A DNA stretch of 64,000 nucleotides from Gonapodya sp. JEL0774. Lineage: Eukaryota. The notes under the pieces are model-generated. The model saw nothing but the letters and a program-made list of their open reading frames with translations. It searched no databases and was not told the DNA's origin. A program made the position numbers and the translations under genes. This document shows, piece after piece, positions 48,939-63,108 of the stretch (positions are counted from its first letter, which is position 1; each line of letters opens with the position of its first letter). Location of the stretch: positions 62,001-126,000 of the forward strand of contig JADIIX010000052.1 in the NCBI GenBank assembly GCA_027604505.1. The letters are read 5' to 3'.

Positions 48939-51900
48939 CTAGTACCAAGTGCCCACTAGTCCCCTAAACACCCACTTGGCTCCCTCCTTGGTCAATGCGA
49001 CGTTTTGTTCGTGACACGCACCCATTACCACGCAATCTTTACATCCCAGCTCATCCGTGCATGGGCAGTTTTCGACCACGTCGTAGGCAAACTTGATCAC
49101 CTCACCGAGACGGCGAAAGATACGCAGACAGGCACCAGAACCGTGGGCACGAGAGTCATACAGAGTGATCCTGATTGGGGTTGCAGAGCGGCCTTGGGCA
49201 CGATACCACACAAAAGTTGGGAGCCCTGGTCACAGTAACTCACCTGGCTGGTCTCGGTCTCTCGGCTAAGGGATACTTGCACTCCGTCTTCACCTCCCCA
49301 GGTCCAATACCGCCCACTACTTTCCCTAACACATTCATCACAGCGTGCGCCGCAGAATGAACAGCCCAATCCATCTGTACTCCCAAAGTCGGCAGAATAT
49401 GCAGAGTATCCGGATGAATATCGAACCACACTCCAACTGATTGAGTAACAAAAGGCGGCATGTCGAGTGCGTCTACGGCTTCCAGGATGCGCCGAGTGTG
49501 AGGATCAATCTTATAGTACCCGTAAACTTGTGCCTGGACTAGTCGCCATTAATGAGTGGGGGAACATACAACCTTGTCTTGACAATGGGCAAAATGCTCT
49601 GCTCACTTTTCACGTCACCATAAAACCCCCAAACTGTGCCGCCTGCATCAGATTCGCCTTCCATTGGCCCATCCTGGATTCCCGCAGGTAGTTCGAAGCC
49701 ATCTGAAACTACTTCTCCTCCCACGAGGCACCGTCTCCTCGACCTTGCCCTCGTGACATCCACGTTAGAATAGTCCCTCTGAGCAGTAACATAGCTGTGC
49801 CACAGCCGCCATTCAGTTAATGAGGTGTCGACCGCAGTTTCAAAGGCATACCTGACGTTGGTCTTCCTAACTCTCGCGATTCCTCGATCCACATTGAGAG
49901 AGGTGACCAAAAAAGTTTCACCCTGGTGCAGGAACACCGCACCTTCGTAGAGATCAAAAATAGCTCGATGGTGCTCTATTTCCTCCAGCACTACTCCCGT
50001 CGCCATATCGACAACGATGAACGTAGTTTCGTCGATATCCCGGAGGGGAACTTTTAGCGACGGCCGGTCGCCCCACCGGTCGTCTGGTGGCAGGTAATAA
50101 AGGCCATCCGGACCTTTCATGAGCCATTCGTTACACCGTTCGCGGAGCCATGAGATTCGTCGGTATTTCGCGGGTTCGGCTCCGCTTAAACAACCTCCAA
50201 TGTTTCCGTCACGCAAACCAGCATCCAAGCTTCCCACATCCTCTGGCGTCAGCAACAGCCAGTCTTCATCCAAATTCACCGGCAAATCCCCCGCCGTGCA
50301 AGCCATTTGCCCTTCTGCAACTTGCTTTGCCCAGGGATCAATCGGAAGGCTCTCCGGCTTACCCTCTACAAGTTCTTTCGGGAACTTTGAAAAGTGTTGT
50401 GAAATGGGATCTAGATGGTCGCATACCAGCATTGAGATTGAGTCCAGGCTCCGTCTGCCTGCGCGTCCACCTGGAGGTTAATAACACGGTTTCAGCAAAT
50501 CGAATGCACTACCATATCTGTCCTGATTAGTGCACAGCGAACCTCACACTGTTGTATATATCCTGCCATGGTGAATGGGAAACCCATATGAATGACGGCA
50601 TCTGGGAGGATCCGTGACGTTGGGAAGCCACGGTCTCAATGCACTAAAAAAGTAGACAAGAGAGACACGCAAATGGGTAGATTGGACTCACCCAGATAGC
50701 CAATATCCACGCCCAGTTCTAGTGCCGTCGTTGATGCGACACACATCACATCACCTGTGAAGAGTGCGCGTTCAATGCGACGACGGTCCTCAGGCATATA
50801 ACCAGCTTATGCAAGCGCAGGAAGGAACTGAGTCAGTATAGCGGAACATAATTGCTTGATAAACGCACAAAAATGCATAAACACACCCCGATACCCTACA
50901 AACTTGCTCTTGAGGTCAGATCTGCCTGCTTTATCAAGTTCCGTGTTTATGATTTTCAATAGAATCTCAAGCATTCTACGGTACTTTGAGTTTTTGAGTT
51001 GCTTTAGATGGCAAGTACTCCGTTGTGTACAAACTTGAGTGATACGTACTTTGCAAAAAACAACACATCTCACTCCGGCAGCGACCATCCTCCTAGCAAC
51101 CCACGCTGCCTCGGTCAAGCTACTTCGCCGTCCAAGTCCTGGCCTCGCCGGATCGATCATGGGTGGATTCCAAACAGCGTGATGTCTAACTCCTGACGGG
51201 CTTCCATCCTCCTCCACAGCAGCGACGGGTTCCGACGGAGCAAGACCTACCAGATCTCTCAAATGTCCGGGAGGGTCAGGAAGAGTAGCAGAGGCGGCAA
51301 CAAAGCGGTAGTGTGAGTTCGAGTGATGGCGAAGCATTCTTCGAAGTCTTCTGAAAACATGCGACGTATGTGAACCAAATGCAGCAGAATGGGTGTGCAA
51401 CTCTTAAAATGCGAGTGTGTGGGAGTTGTTATGTCATTCAGTACGAGCAAATCGCGACGCATCAAAAACTCTGAGGAGGAACTTACCATCAATGACGACA
51501 ACACCGAGCTCTTTCCACCAGCTTCCCCAAAGCTCGCGACTTGGTAGCATGGCTACGTGCAGCGTATCAGGGTTTGTAAGAATGACCCGGGCATTTTCCC
51601 GTATGGAGCGACGGAATTGCTTATGGGACCTTTGAGAACTTGCTACGCGGCTATTACCGGCGTTTGGCACTTACTTGGGGTGTATCTCCATCATATGTTG
51701 ATACAAAATGTTCAACAAAGAGCTCTGTACCCGGGATCATATACTTTTTTAGGGTTGGATGTGCCAATAAAAACTGTTTGAACGACCGAAGTTGGTCTTT
51801 CGAATGTTTTATTAATTACTTTTGCCAGTTTATTAGAGAGGAAGGCACTCACTCACCCTGAGCAAGAGCTTTTGTCGGATACACAACCAACGCCCTCCAT

Positions 51901-53500
51901 CCGCCAACACCATCGGCGGGGCCCTCTACTCCTCTGGTTAACCCCTCCGCTAACCAACACCAGTAAACCAAACTTTTGCCAGAACCAGTACCAGTTGCCA
52001 GAATCACATGTCGATCAGCTTGGAGGTGCGCTAATGCAGACGCCTGGTGGGAATATAGGGAGGTGATGCCAAGTGCGGCGAGCGTGGAGAGCCCCTCTGA
52101 GGACAGGAGTTCTGCAGTAGGCGTCACTGAGATGAAGGTCCAAACATTCGACATTGTCAGAAGTCGAGGAACGCTGTGACAGAGATGAAGAAAACACATA
52201 CCATAATCTGCGACTCTTCCTGCTACTGTCATGACCTCAACCAGTTGATCCCGATACTCGGGCTCACTCGTCATCCCACGAACGACGTTCAGTAGCGAAT
52301 CGGGACGATCGGGCATCGGTGGCAGTATTCGAACGGTCTCCAATTTCTTGTGCCTGCCATTGTCGCACTCCCCCCCAGAAGGATCTCCAGGGAGGTCCGG
52401 TGCGATGGTCCAGCCGGACAGCTTGAGTTCTTCTTCTGCACTTGCCATGAAATCGTCTGGTATCATATGTTTTTCTGCTTTGTCGACCACTGAACCGGCC
52501 GGTAGACCTGACTGCCGTCCAACAAACTGTTCCCACCAGCTCCGAGCTTTAACCATAAACGCAGCGTCCCGCCGCGTGACCTCCTTAGAGAAGCTTGACT
52601 CGGTCTTGCGTTGGCCGCTCGGTTTTGCTCGAGAAGTAACAGACCCCCGATAACCGCCAAAGTAGCTCATGCCAGTTTTCGCTTTGAGCTCTTCCCTTTT
52701 CCAGCTAATCTTTTCCACTCCAGTTCCCTCAAGTACGACACAAAGTTCATTTTCATCATCCTCAGGGCGGAGTTGCGGCAGTCCCCCGACCGTGTGAGAA
52801 GTATGGTCATGAAGAGAGGAAAGCGGAGCATTTACGAGTGTTAGCAGATCGGGGTGCGTGATGGGAAGGAGAGGAACAAGAGCAGACGGGGGTAGAGGCC
52901 TAAAGTAAAGGATAAGTCGGTTGGATAGAGTACCCGGTGGATAGAAAGTGTTGGCACCCACATCCCAACCACCTCCTCACACCCTTTGCGGATCACGTCC
53001 CAACGTACCAGACCCCCACCACCCCCTGTGCCGTCTCTTCGAGCGCAAGTTAGAGAATGAATAGCATTTATTGCGCGGAAGATTCGACCCAGTCGAGCCA
53101 GTGGTGGCGGAAGGTCAGCAGTGGGATCGCTATCGGGGCTTGTCGCACAAAGAGGCTTTTTCACAGTACTCCGTTTTCTTTCGGAGTGATTGCGATCCCC
53201 TTCCTGAGCAATCTCTGAAGCTTTCCGCTTGAGGGATTTCGTTGTCTCATCTCTGAAAACTTCACCAGTGGGTTTCTCCACAACCTCACCAATATTTCTT
53301 CCATAAGTCGTTGCAGTACCTTTGGTTTTCGCCTTTCCAGCGAGGGCACGTGGTTTCGCGAGGGGGTAAGATCGCCCAACAGCGCCCACCCGAGGCACTG
53401 GTGATTCCACTTCGGACAAAGGTTCAGCACTCGCTTTGGCTCCTACTATTGTGGGGATTTCGGGAAGTTCTGGCAGCGCGGAACGCTTCGAGCGTTTCAT
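48939..53500 (-). CDS. HRQ1: Hrq1 (RecQ4-like) SF2 DNA helicase with DUF1998 zinc-binding C-terminus, multi-exon
   Basis: [111 protein letters not shown]. Confidence 0.92.
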
Positions 53501-53561
53501 CCAAGTGATATTGAGAGAGGGTCAATCTTCGCATGGATCAAGTGCAAAGCCGTCGGGAAAA

Positions 53562-56102
53562 CTACCACATATCTTCGTCACTGTCGCCTACGTAGTAAAT
53601 CTCATCAAAGTCTTCTATCTCCTCGCCTGAAAAGTCACCTAATTCTGACTCCATATCCATCCACATATCATTTCCTTCTGGCTCAAATCCCCAACCCATG
53701 TCGTCATCGAAACTCTCAAAAAACACCTCCACTTCAAGTCCGTATCTCGCACTAAAAAGCACTCTCGATCTTTCTGCAAACACGTCCCCTAATCGGCCCA
53801 ACCTTCCCTCGTCGCCAGGCATCACGTCGCCGTCAATTTCCACCACAATGTTTTGCATTCCATGCAAACGCAGGCGAGGGATGTATTCGTCTGGCTCGCT
53901 TTCCTCCAATGAATGCCAGTGACTCATGCCCAACAAACCTCGAATGAATGCATCGATTGATGAGACCAATTTCGTCGCGATTTCGGTGTCGTCCAGAGCA
54001 TCCAGTTCGTCCATAAATTCGTCCATCATCATGCTTAACGGCACATTGGCGAGAGACACCGCTTCCAAGGCGGGCGCCGCAGTTCCTACTTCTTGTCCAA
54101 AAGCATGCCAGAACTCTGCGTCAGAGACAGGAATAGATTCACGCATGGCAGGTGGGAAACTTTCGTTATCTGTAGGCAAGTCCAAACACAGAGCTTTTAG
54201 GCGCATGTAAGAAGAATCCGTAGAGTTCGTATCAGCGCAAGGATTGTGAGTGACATTCCCAAAAAGACCAGGAACATAGAGTCCTCCGCCGAACTCGAGC
54301 AAATGAGGGAGCCTATGAGGCAACGAATGGAATTGGTTGTACAGATCCCGATGAGAGTCCACAGTGTGAGGGTCGTACGGCTCCTCGGCTGTCAGATACC
54401 AATGGAAGATCCTCAGAGAAACTAAGTGTGAAAAGGATGGCACAGATTTGAAAAACTCTTCTCTGAAAGGAACACCATCAAACTTTGAGCATACTATTGG
54501 CATTGAAGACGAGACTGCGACTCACGATCTGAGGAGAACACTCTGACATGATGGCATCACTTCCAAGTTCTTTAGTCTCACTTTTCTCTCCCTCGAATCT
54601 TTCGGCTTGTGTTTGCCTTTGACCGTGGACGTATCGCCTGGGCTTTCCATTTCAACTAATCCAGCCTGTGCTTCCTCGCCTACACCATCGGCCTCGTCCA
54701 TTTGCTTTTCCACCTCAGCCAATTGTTCAATAAGTATAAGGGCGTCGAAATCCTCGTCGGAAAGAGCCTCAATTTCAACATTAAGGGATTCGAGATCAGA
54801 CCAGCGTTCTAATCGGAGGCCTTCAACCTGCTTCACAGTTGCCATTTCCAAGGAGAGCTCTCTGCACCCAGGAACATCACTTCCATCCCACCTAACATTG
54901 GATTCGGGCATGTCCAGAATAATGGAGTATGCTCCAACGGCCCTCCCGATGCGCTCAATCGAGAGTCCGTGTGGGCCGTCACCGCATCGCACTTCCAGGC
55001 ATTCCCAGCTTGCAAGAATGCTACGTTGCATCGCAGATTCAGCGGCATCAAGGATCAAATGTTGCAGATTAGCAACCCGGCGGAACACAGGAACAGAAAC
55101 CTTTTTCCGAGAGGATTCGCGCCATACAACAGGTACCGTCAATCGTGCGGCAATTGGGAGATTGATCAACGAAGACGCTGTCGTGAGTGGCGAATTCGTG
55201 CCAGTTGGCAAACCCATCTTGAATCGCCACGGGAAGGATGAATCAAAACCAAGCGTTCTTTTCTCAATAGGTGTTGCAAACCCCTGTCGATCGGCTTCCC
55301 AGCGAAGAGCCGTTCTTGTGATGAAACCCTCTAGTGGTGACAACGAGAGCTTGTCAAAAGGAACATAAAAGCCTGGCTGCTCTGTTCCGTGGTTCACTCG
55401 GCTCAGAAACGCAAGCTCTTCATCCTCATCATCTGTAAGCACAACTGTGATACCTGTGGGTATGCGAGTAATAAAGGGCAACACATGCCCACGGAAGGCG
55501 CGATTGAGACGCGGGATATCGGCGTAGAGACTTCTAGGTGGCAGGAAAGTGTATATAATTTTGTGCCATAAGATCTCTGCCGGAAGTCGAAGGAGCCAAT
55601 GTGGTGCGGTGTCTCCTTGGTTGGTCAGAAGTCTTCCAGGTATGAACTCAGGCGCAGCTGGATTCAGAGCGACTCGGTGTTGGATTTTGTCTTTCTCCGG
55701 TGAGAAACCGGATCCATACAAGGTGGATGCAACATGCTCGACATAATTAGGCACGTTTTGAATTGTTGGCACCGAGAGTCCATCCAAAGAACTGACTGCC
55801 GGGCTGACGTGCTTTCGCTTTGCACCTCGTCCCTGACTGTTCAATCCCCCACCACGACCACGTCCCGAGCCTCCAAAACTACCACGGATTCCACCTCGCG
55901 TTGTACTTGCTGGGGATGGAGCGATCCCGTTCGTTGATGCTGCTGGTGCCAGGAAAGGGAGTCCAATGCCCATAGAAGAATCTCCTCCCCATACCCCGCC
56001 CCTCCCTCTTCCACGATGATTAAAATTGCCGTTAAATCCGCCCCTAGTTGCTCCTCGTCCGGCCCGTGCTCCCCTTCCTCCTCGATGTGAACTGGAATTC
56101 AT
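53562..56102 (-). CDS. F-box protein with N-terminal RGG region, PAM2 motif, degenerate LRR-like body and acidic tail; one intron at ~54464-54525
   Basis: RGG repeats in the first ~95 aa; LNPAAPEFIP; F-box LLRLPAEILWHKIIYTFLPPRSLYADIPRLNRAFR; D/E-rich C-terminus. Confidence 0.75.
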
Positions 56103-56328
56103 TGGGGATCAGTTTGGTGTGAGGAGAGTCGAGAGGATAGTCGGTCGAGAGGAGAGTCGCTTTAGAGGAGAGGCGCGAGAGGAGACACAGCTTTTTCGAA
56201 ATTCAGTAGCGTCTTTGAAGTGTTCTGGGGTCACAGTTCTCTTGATCACATACGTACTATAGCCAGCAGGAAAGCTCTCAGACACAATATTCACAAAACG
56301 TACAGCGTAATCTTAACCTTTCCTAATC

Positions 56329-58894
56329 TTAACCTTCCTTCAGCTCAATGACATCAGACCACATTTTTGCTCCGGGGTCCGTTCTTGGGCGCACTCGCAC
56401 GAAGACCCTTCCGGGGCTAAATTTACGGAAAGTGCATGATAATGGGTGGGTGATGTGTACACAATGAGTACCACGCTCACACATGCACACAAAATAATGC
56501 AAAAACTTTGACAAAACTCACTCCAGTGTCATGGACAGGTAAGTGCGGGGAGCGCCTTGGGCACCATCGTACTCAATGTCCCATCGACGAATGATTTCTG
56601 CTATGAAGCAACGGAGCTCGAGCTGTTACAGTTCGATGACGGATGGTTTAGCATATGCACAGTTTCACTACATTCATCGCCAAAAAGAACAGACTTACTT
56701 GCGCGAGCTTCATCCCAGCACAGTTCCGGGGCCCAATCGAGAAAGGGAAGTACGCTCGTGGGTCCATTGCCAATTTGGATCCGTCTTCCCAACGCTCGGG
56801 AAGGAATTCGTTCGCCCTCTCAAAGTATCTCTCCTGCATGTGGATCACAGGGGGCATAAACCAGATATCCGAACTAGCAAAGAAATTCAAATCAAACGAC
56901 TGGAAAAAATTGCAAAAGGAAAGGCTGCAAGCATACCCCTTCGGAAGGTGAACCCCTCCCAGTGTAACTCCATTTGGATCTTCAACCTCCCTGGTGAATC
57001 CTGCGGAAGGGTGAACGCGGAGCACTTCCTTGATGAAAGCATTGAGGAAGGGTGCGCGCTCAAGGTCGGTGAAGGAAGTTTTGGCGGGAAGGATATTGTC
57101 CACTTCATGGCGGAGCTTGGCGAGGTGTTCCGGGTTTGACGCAAGGCGGTACAATGCCCAAGTCAGAGCGTTACCTTGACAAAGAAGGATGTGATCACCA
57201 AGAGGAAGAGCAGATACGTTGTGCAAATCGTACCGGTAGTGTCGTGTCCAGCGAAGAGCAGGGTCTTCAGCTCGTCTCCCATGAGCTTCCTAGACATGAT
57301 GGGCTCGCCATTCTCATCAATATCTGCAATGGCATCGAGAAGGGTGCCATCCCTTCCACGATCGCCAGATCGGACACGAGCAAGACGTTGGTCGATGACA
57401 CGATTGACTACCTTGTCAAGCAGGGCGATGCGTTGTTGGTAGTTCTTGTATTTGTCCTGCAAGAGAAGCGCACAGTAAGTGGGTCGATGTTGTGAGGAAA
57501 TGGAGGATTTGATCTTACCGACACAAATGACATTGGGTTAATTCTCAAGGTGACATCTGCCATTGTTGTGAGCACTTCTTTGAAGACGTGAAACAGGGGC
57601 TCGCCATCCAGCTCGACTCCCTTGGAGGCAGACTTCAATGTGCCACGAAGCGACGTTGTCGTGTATGTTTCCTTTTCCATTTCAAACAAAATCGCTCGCT
57701 CGGCACCAGATTCGTAGTCACGGCCAAAGCCGACCTTGGGATATTACGGAGGTGATGTGTGCGAAAGATCACACTTGGTTCCATTTCCGATTTGAGGTCC
57801 GAAATGACTGCTGTGAACACACCTGACAGATGACATCCATCGTTGTCCTGAGCATTTCAGCACGGAGATCGAACCATCCCGGAACACCCTCCTTCACAGA
57901 CACGTCGTATCGTTGTCGCCATCTGTCCAGCAATCTCATTGCGGACTTGGCCACCTGTTTGTGACTGTACTTGAGATTCTCCACCCTGAACGCAACCTCC
58001 ACAAGCTTTCGTTGATGTTTCCATTGCTCACCCCATGGGCTAGCAAGAATTCCATCACCAATAATAGGAGCAGCAATCTGGGTTATACTGATGTAATTAG
58101 GAAACTGGAAAACACAAGAGAAGGAGATAAAATAGATTCAAACCTTATATGAGCGGCCCTTCTTCAATTTGGATTCGGATGCAGCAGTGAATACGTCTTT
58201 CAGTACCTCGACATCGAGAATGTAGAGCGCCTCGGAAGCCATTGGCATATACGGGCCCATCATCTGCGAACATGTGAAGTAAGATGCGTGATAAACAGAG
58301 ATTAGCGTTCTGGTTTTGAAGCTGTATTTTGTTCATTTATGTGCTCACTTGGATCCTCAAGAACTTATTTCCTTCCGGGAAACGTTGGGTGTCCAGTGCG
58401 TACTTCGACCACTCCGAAAGTCGACTGACAGGCAATCCCAATCCTTCGGCTCTGAGTTTCGGGTCGACGAGGCTGTCACAATCATACGATGTAAATGCGC
58501 AATACATTACTGACACGGACATCGGAATGGGCACAGGACAGCTCGCACCTGGCCATATGTCCGAAGATTGGGTGGACGGGGACTATTCATGATTGCGACC
58601 ATATTTAGCGGGAGGTAGGATGCAATTAAATCAATGAAGCGGATGATGGAAGAGCCGAAGGATGTGTGACGGCGACGAACGACAGACCACTCAGCCAAAA
58701 GCGCGTTGAACTCCGAGGCAACTGTCACGCTCACCGGGTGGATGAACACCGAAACCCCGTATTGTGTCATAGTAAGCCTTGAGCGACTTTTTAGCGGAGA
58801 CAGCAGAAAACCATTGTACAAGGAGGTAGGTTGCTCCAACTGCCAGGAGCGCAAGGAACACAGTGCCAGTCGTGGGAGTGACAGTGAAGTCCAT
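56329..58894 (-). CDS. Cytochrome P450, ER-anchored, multi-exon; family not assignable by eye
   Basis: N-terminal anchor MDFTVTPTTGTVFLALLAVGATYLLVQWF; PPVPVHPIFGH hinge; LFAGHDTT (I helix); KEVLR (ExxR); FLPERW; YFPFSIGPRNCAG (heme Cys). Confidence 0.93.
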
Positions 58895-59427
58895 TTTGAG
58901 TGAACTTTGTAAATGAAGAATCAATCTTTTATTTCCAGTTGTCGGCTTTGACTGTCCAAGTGGAGCCGCTGCCCACCGATGCCGATGAGGAATCAAGGGA
59001 TATATAAACAAACCCACAGCTCCGATTCACTCTCAGACTCAAAAGACATCACCGATTCCGTCAGTTGTTATCAACAGCAATAGGAAAAGCATAATATAGT
59101 TTTATTCGATTTACATTGAATCAGCAGTGCATGGGCCACGTCATTCGCAAGTGCGCTCTTCTTCAAGTGATTTTATCTTGCAACGGTCTTAAAAAATCAG
59201 GAAAGGAGGAAGGACACCCCTTTAAGTGGCACAGGGAAAAGGCATATGTGACCATGTCCGGGAATGGGCGAAGTTGTCGGCCCCATACCGGCACAAGGTG
59301 TGAACAAAGTTGCAGCTGGCGAACGTTAATCGAGAGCTTCTCATTGTGCACTCCGCGCAACAAGAAGACCTCAGAGGTAGTGACGTAATCACTCCGCTGT
59401 TCGATTCGTCTCAGACGGTGTGATATC

Positions 59428-61700
59428 ATGAAAAGAGCCACCAGAGCATCAGCGAAAAGCGAGTTGAACGGGGATTCCGTTAAACCTGAAGGGGCAGCAC
59501 CCGCTAATAATGGCCATGGTAATGAGGAGAAAACGAATGGAAAGAAGGTGGAGTTCCAGGGAAAGGATGGCGCAACGACTTGGGGAAGGGAACACAGTAA
59601 GTTGAACAGCTTCCAAATCAACGTGACCACTCTTGCGAAATGACACTCCGCTAATGCCTTTGAAATCGCCTCGCTTTTAATTCTTCCGTCTCTGTTGAAT
59701 TCTACTGCCATCGCTCGATCATCCTTCAATGATCGTTGTTGACCCGGTCACAGAACCGAACTTCATTGGCACTCTCGCGGTCTACCTTATGATCACCTTT
59801 TGCCCGGTCTTACCCTTCTACGTCTTCGCGTCATGTAATGCCTACGATTGTTCCGTGTCCAGCCTTGCATTGGATATGATCGACAAGCGTTCGTTCCTTC
59901 CGTTCTGGGAAAACTGCCCAGGATTGTCGTTGGAGGCGGCGAAAATTTTCATAATTTGGGTGGTGTTTCAAGCAATCATGTATGTGTACTTACCAGGTCC
60001 CAAGGGCTTCGGTCAATTGACACCAGCTGGCAAGACTCTCGAGTATAACGTAAGTTAGATTGTGCTCACGACCGTCGCGACGTGTTCAGTCGCTCTGCGG
60101 GGACTGGATTTTGATGTCACCATTGGTGATCCTGTCTTGCCAGTTGGATAATCAGTCTTAAAGTCCTATCCTCTAATCACTTTCATCAATCTTTAAAGGT
60201 GAACGGCTTCAATGCGTACATTCTCACGCACGTTCTATTCGTCCTCCTCTCCGACATGACACCTTACTCCTTTAACTTCTTTACCGCCACTATCGTTGCC
60301 GACAACTATGCTGGACTTATCACCACTTGCTGCATCTCTGGCTATGTTGTGGCATCCTATGCTTACATCAAAGCTTTTGTTTCCCCAACTCACCCGGATG
60401 ACAGAAAGTTCACCGGAAGCTTCGTTTTCGACTACTTTTGGGGGATTGAATTCAACCCCAGGGAGACTTGGTTTCCAAAGATTGGCCAGAACACTTCGGG
60501 TACAGGTCTGGACTGGAAGCTGTATTGGGTGGGGAGGCACGGAATGATGGGATGGTCGCTCATTAACCTCAGGTACGACTTTTGTATTCTTCGTATGCCA
60601 GCAATGGATTCCATTACTTATAGCGGTTGTGGAAGTTTGGCAGTCGCCCAACACCGACTTCTTGCGGCGAACCCAGGCTTCCCATCCAAGTACTCCCCGG
60701 TGCCTCTGCCATCACACATCACCAACTCGATGGTTCTCATCAATGTGTTGCACACCATGTACATTGCGGACTTCTTCTACTTTGAGGACTGGTACCTTCG
60801 GACGATTGATATTGCGCACGACCACTTTGGATTCAGTGAGTTGTGCAGCCCGCAGTAGTCTTTCCTCGTTAGTAATAACCGTCTATCGCACGCTCTTTTG
60901 TCGCACAAGTGTTCGCGTGGGGTGACTCTACATGGCTCACTTTCATGTACGCGCTCCAAGCATTCTACCTCTATTCTGTCCCCATCGAACTACCCTCTCT
61001 CTTCTTCTGGACGACCACTGCGCTTGGGCTCGGCGGTTATGCTATCTTCCGAACCGCCAACGGCCAGAAAGATTTGGCTAGGTAAGGTCTTGGCAACCCT
61101 GCTTGCCAATCATACATTACTCCAGCTGGCATCGTCAACTGGCTACATTGCTCTCGCAGGTCCACCAAAGGTCAATGCACGATATGGGGCAGGCCTGCCA
61201 CCTTTGTGAAAGCCGAGTACTACACTTCCGACGGTGTCAAGCATGAGACTTTGCTGCTCACTTCTGGATTTTGGGGTAGGTTCTGGTCCTCACAATTCCT
61301 CTCAAAGTGCATAATCAATGTTATTTCTTCACTGTTCCATCTTGGGGTCGGATGGATTCTTGACACTTGCTTCACATGATGTGGGACGATCGGATTGACA
61401 CATTTCAGGGATTGCACGCCACATGAATTACACAGGCGACTTGATGGGTTGCCTGGCTTACTGCATGACGTGCGGTTTGAACCACGTGATGCCTTACTTT
61501 TACTTTGTGTACATGACTATGTTGCTGGTCGGAAGGAACCACAGGTTCGTGCTCGGAAAGTCTCTCCTCGTTTTCCAAAAGTAAGTTCACCAGTTTGCCT
61601 CTCTTGTAGGGACGAAACTCGATGTTCTGGCAAATACGGCGACAAGTGGAAGGAGTACTGCAAGGAGGTACCGTACGTCCTGATTCCGGGTATTTATTGA
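59428..61700 (+). CDS. DHCR7: 7-dehydrocholesterol reductase (ERG4/ERG24 family, DHCR7 subtype), multi-exon
   Basis: [120 protein letters not shown]. Confidence 0.9.
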
Positions 61701-61814
61701 AATACAGGTGGCGTTTTGCATAGGTACTAATAAATAGAGAAAGAAAGGTTGTGCATACATTTTGTCCCAATTGCGTCTCCGAGCATTTCCATTCATTTGA
61801 GTTCAACACGGGAG

Positions 61815-63108
61815 ATGCCAGTTTCATTTCCATCAGTGATCGTGCGGGCATGTCCTCCACTCTACCGTCCTGGAGCTTTCGGCCGGGAATCTCTGCGACG
61901 CCGCTCCGTGCGCATCGATGGCAGGCGAATCACGCAGTACAAAACGTCTCCTTCGGGCACCGCTTTGCCGAGATTCCTTGAGAACGACACCCCAGCCATT
62001 TCAGAAATTGCAGATGTCACTCGCAGGGATTTTCGATCTCGTCGTTTTTCGAGTACTCAGTCGATTGACAGTCCGACCCAACACAACCTCCGAAAGTCGT
62101 CTCCTCCTCCCACTGGTTACGCGACGCGACCGGACATCCCAACATTTCACGACACTCTTCTTGCCCCGTCTCCTCAAATACCTTACTTTCAGTTTGATGA
62201 AACAACGCTGAACTTCATGGCAAGCAGACTTGACGAGCTCGGACGAGACCATAATGTGGGGAGTGTGGAGGCGATTACACAGTCGGAAAGTGGTCGATTT
62301 CGACGTGAGGCTGGCATTCTTGTGCCTTTTTGCGTGGTGGACGGGAGACCGTCGGTATTGCTCACCGTACGGAATACAAAGATGAGAAAGCACACTGGGG
62401 AAATCGCACTCCCCGGAGGTGTGAGAGACCCAGAGGATGTGACAATTCAGGACACTGCACGTAAGTTATTGTCTCCGTGTGAGCTTTGGAGGCATAGTGT
62501 AACATCTCCCGGCCATCTCGTCGTTTCAATTGTTTCCTCTAAAGTTCGAGAAACATTTGAAGAGATACACATACGTGACTCTCGTGTCCGCCTCTTGGGA
62601 TCTCTGCCTCCCGTCCCAGATATATCCGGTTCAACACGAGTGACTCCTTCCGTTGGGTTCGTGGACCTGCCTAAACACCCTAAAGACCTCCACTACAATA
62701 TAGACGAAGTGGGTCTTGACCCTTTCCGTTGCTTAATGTCCAATCTATTGCACGTGCCGCTTCACTCGTCAGGTATCTCGAATCTTTCACCTCACCATAG
62801 ACCAACTTCTTGACCCCAGCCGGCAGAAATACATGACCTTTCGCAAAACGAAACACAGTATTGCTGTGTTCCGTGCTGATGACACTACGTCCGTTCCTCC
62901 TCCTCATGTCCCTTTGCTGCCCTCTCCAACATCTTTCAACTCGCTCCCCGAACCCTACAGGCAAGAGCTTATTGACTATGAGGGTGATCATGGGAGTACA
63001 GTTGTGTGGGGTCTTACTGCCTACGTTCTGTCAACGTTGCTGAGAGAGGTGGTGATACCAGCTATTGAGGATGCGAAAAGGAGGGCTGAGCGTGTCGAGT
63101 CAATATAA
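61815..63108 (+). CDS. Nudix CoA diphosphatase (NUDT7/NUDT8/Pcd1-like), multi-exon
   Basis: AGILVPF..SVLLTVRNTKMRKHTGEIALPGG..DTA/LRETFEEI (NuCoA and Nudix box); VTPSVG; VWGLTAYVL. Confidence 0.9.

Noticed and set aside
54607..55368. 253-aa + strand ORF
   Set aside because: Antisense to the F-box gene, with Ser-rich mirror composition.
59412..59427. Possible sterol-regulatory element (reverse ATCACACCGT) before DHCR7
   Set aside because: Weak match lying a few bases from the ATG; likely chance.
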